From an uncultured Verrucomicrobiae bacterium (lineage in GTDB: Bacteria > Verrucomicrobiota > Verrucomicrobiia > Limisphaerales > Palsa-1400): DNA of 64,000 bases. This document shows positions 54,364 to 64,000 of this stretch, piece by piece; position 1 is the stretch's first letter, and each line of letters begins with the position of its first letter. The notes under the pieces were generated by a model. It saw only the letters and a list, made by a program, of their open reading frames with translations. It did no database searches and was not told the origin of the DNA. A program made the translations under genes and the position numbers. The stretch covers positions 608,001 to 672,000 of the forward strand of contig CAVXRD010000002.1 in the NCBI GenBank assembly GCA_963764165.1. The letters are read 5' to 3'.

Positions 54364-57300
54364 ATGCGCAAATCAATTGTCTTGCTGGCCCGCGTTTTCT
54401 CGTTCAGAGCAAATCTTTCTTGTTCAACCGTCTGCAAGAGATGCGCGCTGTCCGCTGGCGCAATCTTCTCGATGCTGGCCCTTGTGGGAAGCTCGTTTGC
54501 GCAGACCGTTTTCCTGAATTTCAACACGGTCGGACAGTATACGAATAATTTCAGCCCGTGGAACGACACCGGCGGGGCCGGCAACGGCGGCAATTACTCG
54601 TTCGAGGAAAATACGACGGTTGGCATTGGCGGGACTGGCGGCGTGCAGGTCTACCAAAGCACGGACATGACGGCAGCGTATTCCGCGGGAAGCTGGAATA
54701 TTTCAACCAACACCGCCGCGATGATCGCGTCGTTCATGCTTTACGCGAACGGCCAAAGCAGCGGGGACAAAATACAATTTGGCGTCATGAATTCCCACAC
54801 CAATGGCTTGAATTCAAATCCGGGCGTGGATTTCGAAACTTATCGTTTCATACCGGCGGCGACCAACGTCTGGACGCTTTATGAACAGTACCGCTCGACC
54901 AACGTCACGACCAGCGGGAACGCGTTGGGCAACGTCAGCATCATCGCTGGACATTGGTACAAATTTATCTTCGGCATAACAAACGTTGGTGGCGTTAACG
55001 GCACGCTGAAAGCGGGATGCGCCTTGATCGACTTCGGCGCCAATGGCGAAACCCCCGGGACAAACGTGATTACGTTTCCGACCGCCATCACGCACGGCGG
55101 GTTGAATTTGGCGACCAATTCCGCGCTCTACCCTGCATTGCGAGCCTTTGAGGACGCGGGCATCGGCGCTTGGGACAATTTCCTGGTTTATACGCCCAAC
55201 AGCGCGCCGGTCATCACGCTTCCGCTGGCGAATGTGACGGCCTTTGTGGATACAACCGTTACTTTCACCGGCCTGGCCGACGGGCCTGGGCCGATTTACT
55301 ACAGTTGGTATACGAATGGAACTCTGGTCGCGGGCGCCACGAGTTCCACCTTCACGACTTCGCCCCTCGCCCCAAATTTAACGAACGTCACTTTTGTGGC
55401 CTCCAACTCCAAGGGTTCTGTGACGAGCACCGCAAGCGTGACGGTAATCACGCCAATGACTCCCATCGCCCTGACGGGTTACAACCTTGACGTGGTCATT
55501 GAAAGCAACGCCGCCGGTCCGCCCTACAATCAATACGCCGCGGAATTCAATCCCGGCGAAGGCACCTGCTTTTATCAATCGGGATTGCCGGGAACCAGCT
55601 ACGGCTTGCCAGCTTCTGGCGTCTTCAACAGCGCCATCGATCTGACTCAATTCGAGTTCCAGCCCTACACCACAAATAATGCGCTGGTGATGAGCTCGGA
55701 TACCGGCGTCACCGCCGGCACGCTGACGCTGCTGGCGCCCGCGACATTTTCAAGCATCGCCATTTTGGCAAACTCCGGCAGCGCAAGCCCCACCAGCACG
55801 GGCACCGTGACGTTGCTTTTCGCGGATGGGTCCACCTATCAAACCAACTATGACGCAGCGGATTGGTTTTTCAACCCGGGTTTTGCATTGCAGGGCGTGG
55901 ACCGCATCGATATCGATTCCGGAGGGGCGGGTGGCGGACCGACCGATCCGCGATTCTACCAAACGACAATCAATCTGGCGGGAGTGCGCGGCACCAATAA
56001 CGCGGCGCTCGTTAATATGACTTTCACCCAGGCGCCCGGCTCCGGCGCAACAGGCGTTTACGCCGTGAGCGGATTGGTCAGTGGAACGAACGCGTTTAGC
56101 GCGCCGGCGGTAACCAATGGCGCGGCGACGCAAATAACGGGCACGTCCGCTTTCCTCGGCGGCGGGGTTGCTTCGACGGGCGGTTATGTCCCGACTGTGA
56201 CCATTTATTACGGCACCAATGATGGCGGAACGAATGTTTCGGCATGGTCAAACAGCATTTCCCTGGGTTATCAAACGGCGGGGTTCGGGCAGGTTGTCAG
56301 CAATCTCGCCCCCGGCCAAATTTACTATTTCAGCGCCCAGGCGATGAACATCGCCGGCGTGTCGTGGGCCACGCCGTCGGAAGTCTTTCGCACGCTGCAG
56401 CCGTCTGCCGCGCAAATCGTGAATGTTCCCGCCACAAATGTCACCGCTGGCACCGCGCAGCTCGCGGCGACTGTATTGAACACCGGAAACAACACGCCTG
56501 TGGTGACCATTTTCTATGGCACGACCAATGGCGGGACGAACGCGGCAAATTGGGCGTCCAACATCAACCTGGGGCTCGAATCGGGTTATGCGGCTGTGAC
56601 TGTTCCGGACTTGGTTTCCAATACGCAGTACTATTTTACCGCGCAAGCCAGCAACGCGGAAGGAATCGTCTGGGCTGCACCTCCGCTGTCGTTCACCACG
56701 TCCGCGACCAATCCCCCGTTCAAGGGCACGGCGGTGCTCACCTATCACGGCGACAACACCCGTCTCGGCGTCAATACGAACGAGTCACAACTCACGCTCG
56801 CCAACGTCAATACGAATTCCTTCGGGCAATTGTTCACCTACTCCGTCGATGGGTTTGTTTACGCTCAACCTCTCATCATGACCAACGTGGCTGTCCCCGG
56901 AAAAGGGCTGCACAATATTCTGATCGTGGCGACCGAGAACGACAGCGTTTACGCTTTCGATGCGGACAACAATCAAGGTCCCAATGCCAACCCGATCTGG
57001 AAAGCGACCTTCATCAACGCCGCCGCTGGGGTAACGACCGTGCCGAGCAGCGTGGTGGGATCCTCGGATATTACGCCGACCATTGGCATCACCAGCACGC
57101 CGGTGATTGATCCCGTTACAGGCACGGTTTACGCCGAAGTCAAAACGGCGGAGACGGTCAGCGGCAATACGACATATGTGCATCGGTTGCACGCGCTGGA
57201 CATTGCCACCGGGCTTGAGCGCACTAATTTCAACAGCCCGGCTGTCATCAGCTGCACGAACTACATTGGCACTGGAAGCGGCGACAACGACGGAGAGAAT

Positions 57301-60300
57301 CCCGCCCACATCTTGTGGAATCCGCTGCGCCTGATGAATCGCCCCGCCCTGCTTTTGCTCAATGGAAATGTTTACATCTCTTACGCTTCGCACGGGGACA
57401 ACACGCCGTACCACGGATGGCTGCTGGCCTATAACGCGACGAACGTGGCGAAGCTGACGGGTTCGTATAACTCCACGCCGAGTGGGTCGGCCGGCGGATT
57501 CTGGGACGGCGGCGGCGGGCCGTCAGTCGACGCGCAGGGCAATTTCTACCTTCAAACCGGCAACGGCACGATGAACGGAAACACGAACCTCGGCACCACC
57601 TACAATTACGCGATGAGCATTTTGAAGTTCACGACTTCAAACAATCTGACTTTGGCCGACTATTTTTCGCCTTCAAACGCCGTTTCGCTCAGCGATGGCG
57701 ACCAGGATCTTGGCTCTTCCGCACCGCTTATGCTGCCGGATTCCGCCGGTTCCGCGGCGCATCCGCACTTGCTGGTCGGCGGCGGAAAGACGTCGCCGAT
57801 TTATCTTGTTGACCGCGACAACATGGGCCGGTTCAACGGCGCCAGCGGCAGCAATCGGATTGTGCAGCAGTTCAACGGCGGCCCCGGCGGCGACCGTGAC
57901 ATCACGCCGGCGTTTTTCAACAATACGCTCTATATTATTGACTACAATTCACGCATTGGCGCCTACAAGATCACCAACGCCGTGATGAGCACGACGCCGG
58001 TCGAGACTCCCGATGGCTACGACAACAAAGGCGGCGCGACGGCGTGCATTTCCGCCAACGGCAGCAGCAACGCCGTCATGTGGGTGATCTACAACACCGG
58101 CGGCGAAACGCCCACCTCGCCGTGCGTCCTCCGCGCCTACAACGCCACCAACATCGCACAGGAACTTTACAGCAGCGCCCAATTGCCATCGCGCGACAGC
58201 GCGGGAGACGCCGTGAAGTTTACCATCCCAACGATTGCCAACGGCAAGGTATATGTCGGCGCGCAATACTCGGTGACCGTTTACGGATTGGGCGCGTTCC
58301 TGCCGACGCCGAGCATCCAGCCAGACGGCGGATCGTTTACGAATCGAATCGCGGTGAGTTTTTCGGAATCGGCGCCCGGCGCATCGTTCTATTATACGAC
58401 CGATGGCACCGCGCCTTCGCAAAGTTCAACGTTCTATACTGGCCCCTTCACACTGACGAATGATGCCATTGTGCAGGTCATCGCGGTGGCTAACGGGGCC
58501 GTCAGCGGCGTGGCCAGCGCGAGCTTCATCAACAGCTCGGCTTACGGCACCGGCTCGGGATTGACGGCGGCGTATTTCTCGAATCAAATCGGCACCTTCA
58601 TTCCGCCCGCCACTTTGACCCGCACCGACGCGGTGGTGAATTTCAATTGGAATGGCGCAAGCCCGGCACCCGGCGTCGGCGGCACGAATTTCTCGGTGCG
58701 CTGGACGGGCAGCGTGGAGCCGCGCTACACGGAAAACTACACGTTCAACACGTTTGCGGACGCTGGTGTGCGGCTTTACATCAACGGACAGTTGATCATC
58801 AATGCGTGGACCAACCAAACACCGACGCTGTCCAGCGCGACGATTCCGATGGTCGGCCAGCAGTTGTATAACATCGAGATGGATTACTACTACGGAAGCA
58901 CCGGTGATTCCGTGGCGCAATTGTCGTGGGACAGCCCTTCCACGCCGGAGCAGATCATTCCGCAATCGCAGTTGTATCCGACGACGAATCCGCCGCCGAG
59001 CGTTGTAATGGTTTCGCCCTCCAATGGCGCGGCGCTCACGGGCACGGCGACAATCACGCTTGGAGCGGATGCGGCCTCGCAGGCGAATCCGGTCGCGCAA
59101 GTTGCATTCTATATCGGCAGCCAATTTGTTGGCGCTGTCACCAACCCGCCTTTTGAACTGACGCAAACCGGCGTGACAGCGGGCAGCTACGCGCTCACCG
59201 CCGTGGCCACGGACACCACTGGCGTCACCGCCACTTCTCCGCCTGTCAACATCACCGTCAGCGGCGGAAGCGGGCTCGCTTATGGCATCACGAATTATCC
59301 GCCGGCCCCTGCTTTCTATAATATGCCGCCTGTCTTCACTGGCACGATGCCAGCGCTGCTCTCGCAAACCGGGGTCTTCTCCAACACCCCAGCCATGGCG
59401 CCAGCGGCGAGCTTGATTCCCTACCTGCCGAATACTCCTTTGTGGTCAGATGGCGCCCAGAAGGTCCGTTATCTTTCCGTGCCGAACAACGGCGCGCCAT
59501 ATGCGCCCACGGAGCAAATTTCCTTCGCGCCGACTGGCGCCTGGTCGTTCCCGGCTGGTACGATTTTTGTGAAAACGTTTGAATTGTTGACAAACCAAAG
59601 CGATCCGACGTCACTCCATCGCCTCGAAACGCGCCTGCTGGTGCGCGACACCAACGGCGCGGTTTATGGCGTGACTTACAAGTGGCGCGCCGATCACAGC
59701 GACGCGGATTTGCTTTACAGCAACTTGACGGAATCCATTCCCATCCAAACTCCGACGGGCGTCATCACGCAGAATTGGTATTACCCGAGCCCGAGCGATT
59801 GTTTGCAATGCCATACGGCCGTGGCCAATTACGTCCTCGGTGTCAACACGCGGCAGTTGAACAATGCTCTCACCTACTCGAATGGCATTGTTGACAACGA
59901 ACTCCGCGCGATGAACCGGGCCGGCATGTTCAATCCTGCGTTCGACGAATCGTCCATCTCGAACATGGAAGCGCTTTCGGCGGTCACCAATCCCGTTGCA
60001 TCGTTTGAGCAGCGTGCGCGCTCCTATCTGGACGCCAACTGCGCCCAGTGCCATCAACCCGGCGGCAGCGGGCCGACCTTTGACGCGCGTTACGACACGC
60101 CGCTGGCCAGCCAGAACATCATTAACACGCCGGCGGTGAAGGGAAATCTCGGCTATGACCACATGAACATTGTCACCCCGAGCGACGTTTGGCGGTCGAG
60201 CATTTATGACCGCATGAACACGGTTGATCCGGCGATCAAAATGCCGACGCTGGCCAGAAACTTGATCGATACCAACGCCGTCGCCTTGATGGCGCAGTGG

Positions 60301-60789
60301 ATCAACAGCCTCGGTGGGACGCCTGCCTTGCCGCCGCCCACGATCCAACCGATGGGCGGAACGTTTCAGGGTTATGTCAGCGTCAGCATCCTGCCGCCGA
60401 CCAACGGCGCCTCGATTTATTTTACGCTGGATGGTTCGCTCCCCACCACCAATTCGCAGTTGTATACCGGGCCGTTCACGCTGACCAACAACGCCACCGT
60501 CAGCGCCAACGCGTGGGAAACCGGTTATGTAGACAGCGTCGCTCCTTCGGCCCAGTTCACGATTTTGCCGGGATTGTTCTTCCTTTCGCCAGGCGGATTC
60601 ACCAATGGCGTGTTCCAAATGGCGTTTGCGGGGCCGGTCGGTTCCAATTATGTTTTGCAGGTGAGCGCTGATTTGATGAATTGGACTCCCGTCAGCACCA
60701 ACACGCCCGGGGCCACGCCGTTCGTGCTGAGCGACCCGGGCGCGCCGTCAGGGTCAGCGAGATTTTATCGGGTGGTGGAGCAGCCGTGA
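54364..60789 (+). CDS. Giant secreted multidomain protein: Ig-like, PQQ-enzyme-like beta-propeller, chitobiase/Fn3-associated, PA14, Ig, di-haem c-type cytochrome-like and C-terminal RFYR domains
   Basis: Signal ends SSFA-Q. Propeller region VLTYHGDNTR…VDGFVYAQPL…KFTIPTIANGKVYV; YYTTDGTAP and YFTLDGSLP (Fn3-associated); GLTAAYF…NFSVRWTG…DAGVRLYING (PA14); CLQCH and CAQCH haem motifs. Start uncertain. Confidence 0.88.
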   Translation: MRKSIVLLARVFSFRANLSCSTVCKRCALSAGAIFSMLALVGSSFAQTVFLNFNTVGQYTNNFSPWNDTGGAGNGGNYSFEENTTVGIGGTGGVQVYQSTDMTAAYSAGSWNISTNTAAMIASFMLYANGQSSGDKIQFGVMNSHTNGLNSNPGVDFETYRFIPAATNVWTLYEQYRSTNVTTSGNALGNVSIIAGHWYKFIFGITNVGGVNGTLKAGCALIDFGANGETPGTNVITFPTAITHGGLNLATNSALYPALRAFEDAGIGAWDNFLVYTPNSAPVITLPLANVTAFVDTTVTFTGLADGPGPIYYSWYTNGTLVAGATSSTFTTSPLAPNLTNVTFVASNSKGSVTSTASVTVITPMTPIALTGYNLDVVIESNAAGPPYNQYAAEFNPGEGTCFYQSGLPGTSYGLPASGVFNSAIDLTQFEFQPYTTNNALVMSSDTGVTAGTLTLLAPATFSSIAILANSGSASPTSTGTVTLLFADGSTYQTNYDAADWFFNPGFALQGVDRIDIDSGGAGGGPTDPRFYQTTINLAGVRGTNNAALVNMTFTQAPGSGATGVYAVSGLVSGTNAFSAPAVTNGAATQITGTSAFLGGGVASTGGYVPTVTIYYGTNDGGTNVSAWSNSISLGYQTAGFGQVVSNLAPGQIYYFSAQAMNIAGVSWATPSEVFRTLQPSAAQIVNVPATNVTAGTAQLAATVLNTGNNTPVVTIFYGTTNGGTNAANWASNINLGLESGYAAVTVPDLVSNTQYYFTAQASNAEGIVWAAPPLSFTTSATNPPFKGTAVLTYHGDNTRLGVNTNESQLTLANVNTNSFGQLFTYSVDGFVYAQPLIMTNVAVPGKGLHNILIVATENDSVYAFDADNNQGPNANPIWKATFINAAAGVTTVPSSVVGSSDITPTIGITSTPVIDPVTGTVYAEVKTAETVSGNTTYVHRLHALDIATGLERTNFNSPAVISCTNYIGTGSGDNDGENPAHILWNPLRLMNRPALLLLNGNVYISYASHGDNTPYHGWLLAYNATNVAKLTGSYNSTPSGSAGGFWDGGGGPSVDAQGNFYLQTGNGTMNGNTNLGTTYNYAMSILKFTTSNNLTLADYFSPSNAVSLSDGDQDLGSSAPLMLPDSAGSAAHPHLLVGGGKTSPIYLVDRDNMGRFNGASGSNRIVQQFNGGPGGDRDITPAFFNNTLYIIDYNSRIGAYKITNAVMSTTPVETPDGYDNKGGATACISANGSSNAVMWVIYNTGGETPTSPCVLRAYNATNIAQELYSSAQLPSRDSAGDAVKFTIPTIANGKVYVGAQYSVTVYGLGAFLPTPSIQPDGGSFTNRIAVSFSESAPGASFYYTTDGTAPSQSSTFYTGPFTLTNDAIVQVIAVANGAVSGVASASFINSSAYGTGSGLTAAYFSNQIGTFIPPATLTRTDAVVNFNWNGASPAPGVGGTNFSVRWTGSVEPRYTENYTFNTFADAGVRLYINGQLIINAWTNQTPTLSSATIPMVGQQLYNIEMDYYYGSTGDSVAQLSWDSPSTPEQIIPQSQLYPTTNPPPSVVMVSPSNGAALTGTATITLGADAASQANPVAQVAFYIGSQFVGAVTNPPFELTQTGVTAGSYALTAVATDTTGVTATSPPVNITVSGGSGLAYGITNYPPAPAFYNMPPVFTGTMPALLSQTGVFSNTPAMAPAASLIPYLPNTPLWSDGAQKVRYLSVPNNGAPYAPTEQISFAPTGAWSFPAGTIFVKTFELLTNQSDPTSLHRLETRLLVRDTNGAVYGVTYKWRADHSDADLLYSNLTESIPIQTPTGVITQNWYYPSPSDCLQCHTAVANYVLGVNTRQLNNALTYSNGIVDNELRAMNRAGMFNPAFDESSISNMEALSAVTNPVASFEQRARSYLDANCAQCHQPGGSGPTFDARYDTPLASQNIINTPAVKGNLGYDHMNIVTPSDVWRSSIYDRMNTVDPAIKMPTLARNLIDTNAVALMAQWINSLGGTPALPPPTIQPMGGTFQGYVSVSILPPTNGASIYFTLDGSLPTTNSQLYTGPFTLTNNATVSANAWETGYVDSVAPSAQFTILPGLFFLSPGGFTNGVFQMAFAGPVGSNYVLQVSADLMNWTPVSTNTPGATPFVLSDPGAPSGSARFYRVVEQP

Positions 60790-61295
60790 GCAAGTGCATT
60801 TTTTTGATATTATGTTTGACGGCCTCGCTGGCCGCCGCGGATCCGGCGACCAATAGGTCGGATACGACTTATACGACCAATTCGGCCGCCGTTCGCGGCG
60901 AGCAACTCCGCACCGCTTGCATCGATGGCCGGCGCTTTATTTGCGGACGCGTGCTGCAAGTCTCGAAAACCAATCTGGTTGTGGACAGCGGCTACACCAC
61001 CCTGACCCAGCCGCCGCTGAATCATTCGTGGGTCACGCGCTCCAATGTCAATCCGCCGAAAACCCCAAATCTCGTTGAAGGCAAGGCGCCGGACTGCATC
61101 GCGGTCGGATTGGTTTCTGTGACGGATTTTCCAAAGCGCCCCGCCGTCCATCAATACGACTATGTCTGCCTGCACGGCTATCCGGCCGGCTCTGATGTCT
61201 ACAAGCCGATGCCAGGGATCGAGAAAACGCTGCGGAGGTTTTCCGGCGGACTGGAAACTGCCGTCCGGCTGAATTTGCAATCCGGTGAGCATTGA
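60786..61295 (+). CDS. Small secreted hypothetical protein
   Basis: GTG 60786 overlaps the upstream stop (GTGA); signal MSKCIFLILCLTASLAAA; several Cys. Confidence 0.72.
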   Translation: MSKCIFLILCLTASLAAADPATNRSDTTYTTNSAAVRGEQLRTACIDGRRFICGRVLQVSKTNLVVDSGYTTLTQPPLNHSWVTRSNVNPPKTPNLVEGKAPDCIAVGLVSVTDFPKRPAVHQYDYVCLHGYPAGSDVYKPMPGIEKTLRRFSGGLETAVRLNLQSGEH

Positions 61296-62629
61296 GTCTG
61301 CAAAGTTGGGCCGATGGTGTTGCGCCCTGGTGGGGGGTTTGTTGAGTTTTTCCGCCGCGGCATCCGCTTTGCCCCCGCGCCAGCCGACCAAGCCTTTCCT
61401 CAACATGCCGCCGAAATCCGGCGGCGAGTTTCCTCCTCTGCTCTCTCAAACGGGGGCTTTCGCCGATGCGGCCCACTTGGCCACTTCGCCAGGGCTGATT
61501 CCTTATGATCTCAATCTCTCGTTCTGGGCCGACGGCGGCTGGAAGCTCCGTTGGATGGCGCTGCCAGATGCGAAAATTGAATATTTCGGCCACCAACGAA
61601 TGGAAGTTTCCGGCGGGGACGGTTTTTGTCAAACATTTCGAACTGGCCACCAACGACGCTGATCCTTCGCAGCGCCGCCGTCTGGAAACCCGCTTTATTG
61701 TGCGAGACGCCGCGGGCGGCGTCTACGGCGCGACCTACAAATGGCGCGCCGACAACAGCGATGCTGATCTTCTTGCCACGAACCTTTCGGAAAACATCGT
61801 CATCCGCACCGCAACAGGAACGCGCACGCAAACGTGGTATTATCCCTCCCGCTCCGACTGTGTGACATGCCACACCGATCGCGCCGGCGGCGTTCTCGGC
61901 GTGAAAACGCGGCAGCTCAATCATCCATATCCATTCGCGGCGGGCGGCCAGGTCAATGAGTTGCTCGCGTGGAGCAAACTCGGCCTGCTCAACGCGAACT
62001 TGTCCGAATCCGATGTGGCAGCCTGCGACAGTCTTGCCCGCCCCGGGGACACTTCGCGTTCATTGGAAGATCGCGCCCGATCTTACCTGGACGTGAACTG
62101 CGGCAATTGCCATCGGCCGGGAGGAGGAACTGTGGGTTATTTCGATGCGCGCTACACCACTCCGCTCGATCATCAGGCGCTGATTGACGGGCCGATTCTC
62201 ATCAACGAAGGAGTTGACCGCGCGCGCGTCGTTTCGCCGAAGGACATTTGGCGTTCGATTCTTTACATGCGCGCCTTCAGTGTCGAGGGCTACAAAATGC
62301 CGCCACTGGCCCATGAAGCAGTTGATGCAAATGGCGCGGCGCTTATCCGCCAATGGATCGAAAGCATGCCGGGAAAGCCTGTTCTCGCGCCGCCGGAATT
62401 TTCCCTGCCGGCTGGAAATTATCCGAGCGCCGTTGAAGTGAAATTAAGCGAAGCCGAGCCCGGCGCGGAAATTCATTTTACAGTAGACGGCAGCATTCCC
62501 GGGCCGGGCGATCCCGTTTACAAACGGCCGCTGCGCCTGGCGGAATCGACGACCGTTCGCGCCCGCTCTTACAAGGACGGTTACACACGCAGCATCACCG
62601 CCCAGCAGACTTTCATCATTGGCCAATGA
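61285..62629 (+). pseudogene. Di-haem cytochrome-like + Fn3-associated protein, paralog of the giant protein's C-terminal part, with a +1 frameshift (or sequence error)
   Basis: Frame A: signal + NMPP…LLSQTGAF…LIPY…FWADG…KIEY. Frame B continues SATNEWKFPAGTVFVKHFEL…CVTCH…CGNCH…FTVDGSIP. Removing one T at 61584-61586 joins them. Confidence 0.85.
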
Positions 62630-62665
62630 CAAGCTTGGATGCCGCTTCGGAATTATGACGCGGAA

Positions 62666-62804
62666 TTTAGACAGGATGAACAGGATTTACAGGATGGGGA
62701 AGAATATCGCCTTCCGAAGCAAAGCTCACACCGAGGGCAGCCGGCGGTGGGACAAAATCTCTTCGCCCAGCTTTGCTTCGTTATCTTCGCTGCCTTCTGT
62801 TCAA
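62666..62804. repeat. Cluster of REP-like half units
   Basis: GACAGGATGAACAGGATTTACAGGAT (three ACAGGAT units) and CTTCGTTATCTTCGCTGCCTTCTGTTCAA (cf. 17265-17293). Confidence 0.55.
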
Positions 62805-63074
62805 TGCCTTTTTCCGGTTCCTCGACAGTTTTCGGTGGAATAGCGGTGGCAAATCTGATTCATTCCGGCGAGGAACCTCCGCTCCCTCTGCGTCTGCGCA
62901 AGATGGCGTGTAAGGCCACAATGAAGCCAAAGACGGAGGGAACACAACTTTCGCGCAGAGAAGATGAGCGGGGAGGAACACAAAGACAATCCGCATTCCA
63001 CTTGCAACAGTTAGGAACCAGCCTTTGGCGAAAATTCTGGCCAAATTGCGCCGAGTGATTATCCTCGCACGATA

Positions 63075-63833
63075 GTGAGCACTGTTGTGGAAATCCATGA
63101 CTTGCGGGTTGAGTACCCGAGCCGTGAGCTGCGGCAGCGGAGCAAGCTGGCCGTGGACGGCTTGAACCTGCAAGTGCAAGCAGGCGAGGTCTTTGGTTTT
63201 CTCGGGCCAAATGGCGCGGGCAAAACCACGACCATGAACGTCCTGCTCGGATTCGTCAATGCCACGGCCGGGTCGGCCTCCATTTTTGGCGTCGATGTCC
63301 GCAAGCCGATTGCCCGCCAGCGCATTGGCTATCTTCCCGAGCTGACTTATTATTACAAGTTCCTCAATACCGAGGAGCTTTTGCGCTTTTACGCCCGCAT
63401 TTTTCGCATTCCGAGATCCGAACGCGACCGACGGATTGATGCGGTGTTGAAATTGGTGGAATTGGAGCATGCACGGAAGCGCCTCATCAAAACGTATTCC
63501 AAGGGCATGCAGCAGCGCGTGGGCCTGGCCCAAGCGCTCATTAACGACCCGGATTTGCTCATCCTCGACGAGCCCACCAGCGGGCTTGATCCGCTGGGCC
63601 GCATGAAAGTGCGCGAAATCATCCAGCGCCTCAAGGAGGAGGGAAAGACCGTGCTGTTTTCCTCGCACGAATTAGGCGAAGTCGAAACCGTCTGCGACCG
63701 CGTCGGAATTCTGCACGAGGGGAAGCTGCGCGTCGAAGGCCGCGTGAGCGATTTGGTCCAGCAATATCAATGCAATCTTGAACATGTCTTCCTCAAAATC
63801 GTCGGTTACAATCCGGCACCCCAGCGCGTCTAA
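63075..63833 (+). CDS. ABC-2 type transporter ATPase
   Basis: GFLGPNGAGKTTT, IGYLPE, YSKGMQQR, ILDEPTSGLDP and FSSH. Confidence 0.93.
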   Translation: MSTVVEIHDLRVEYPSRELRQRSKLAVDGLNLQVQAGEVFGFLGPNGAGKTTTMNVLLGFVNATAGSASIFGVDVRKPIARQRIGYLPELTYYYKFLNTEELLRFYARIFRIPRSERDRRIDAVLKLVELEHARKRLIKTYSKGMQQRVGLAQALINDPDLLILDEPTSGLDPLGRMKVREIIQRLKEEGKTVLFSSHELGEVETVCDRVGILHEGKLRVEGRVSDLVQQYQCNLEHVFLKIVGYNPAPQRV

Positions 63834-64000
63834 TTGCCTCGCCATCGCCGGAGTGGTGATGAAAGAGATGTATCGCCGGAAGGACTTTTACGTCCTCTTC
63901 GCGCTGCTGGTGGCGGTGACCTTTTTGCTCGGCACGATTAATTTCTTCAATGACGAGCACATCGTCCGCTTCATCAAGGAAGCCGCGTTTCTGTTGATTT
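63784..64000 (+). CDS. ABC-2 transporter permease, N-terminal part (truncated by window edge)
   Basis: Open frame …LAIAGVVMKEMYRRKDFYVLFALLVAVTFLLGTINF… directly after the ATPase; start uncertain (ATG 63784 or later). Confidence 0.7.
   Translation, partial: MSSSKSSVTIRHPSASNCLAIAGVVMKEMYRRKDFYVLFALLVAVTFLLGTINFFNDEHIVRFIKEAAFLLI

Noticed and set aside
1555..60618. Long antisense or overlapping ORFs in the track (e.g. 3043-4200, 6168-7409, 15661-17205, 25146-26246, 26736-27821, 33882-35021, 45546-46496)
   Set aside because: They are shadows of well-supported genes in GC-rich DNA and carry no recognisable motifs.
1..64000. tRNA, rRNA, prophage, integron or anti-phage defence island
   Set aside because: No cloverleaf or rRNA-like tracts, integrase, phage structural genes or recognisable defence genes were seen by eye beyond the toxin-antitoxin loci.

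Overview
GC-rich bacterial chromosomal segment, most likely from a Verrucomicrobiota (Pedosphaera-like) organism. That assignment is inferred from the PEP-CTERM proteins, the secreted proteins ending in an 'S-x-x-L-x-x-W...RFY(R)' domain and the gene content; it is not proven. Housekeeping and metabolic blocks: a heterodimeric ABC exporter, a glgE-treS/maltokinase operon followed by a shortened glgB-like gene, a polar amino-acid ABC importer, a pilB-pilT-pilB-pilC pilus/secretion operon, proC-hisA-S10 peptidase, moaA, a ParE/RelE-type toxin-antitoxin pair and an SPFH-RHH pair. The accessory DNA is dominated by surface proteins. These include a tandem array of five paralogous PEP-CTERM genes (a terminator follows the first copy; the downstream copies are mosaic or decaying and one has an in-frame amber stop), three secreted proteins sharing a C-terminal domain, and a ~2,100-aa propeller/PA14/di-haem cytochrome protein with a frameshifted paralog. 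Intergenic DNA holds many palindromic repeat families, including a 321-bp MITE-like element (25-bp terminal inverted repeats, 6-bp target duplication) inserted into a six-box GC(T/A)ACA repeat while carrying its own copy of that repeat. Two loci have collapsed by internal deletion: an alcohol dehydrogenase and a Phd-VapC operon. No rRNA, tRNA, CRISPR array, integrase, transposase or reverse transcriptase was recognised. All calls come from reading the sequence and ORF track by eye; no searches were run.
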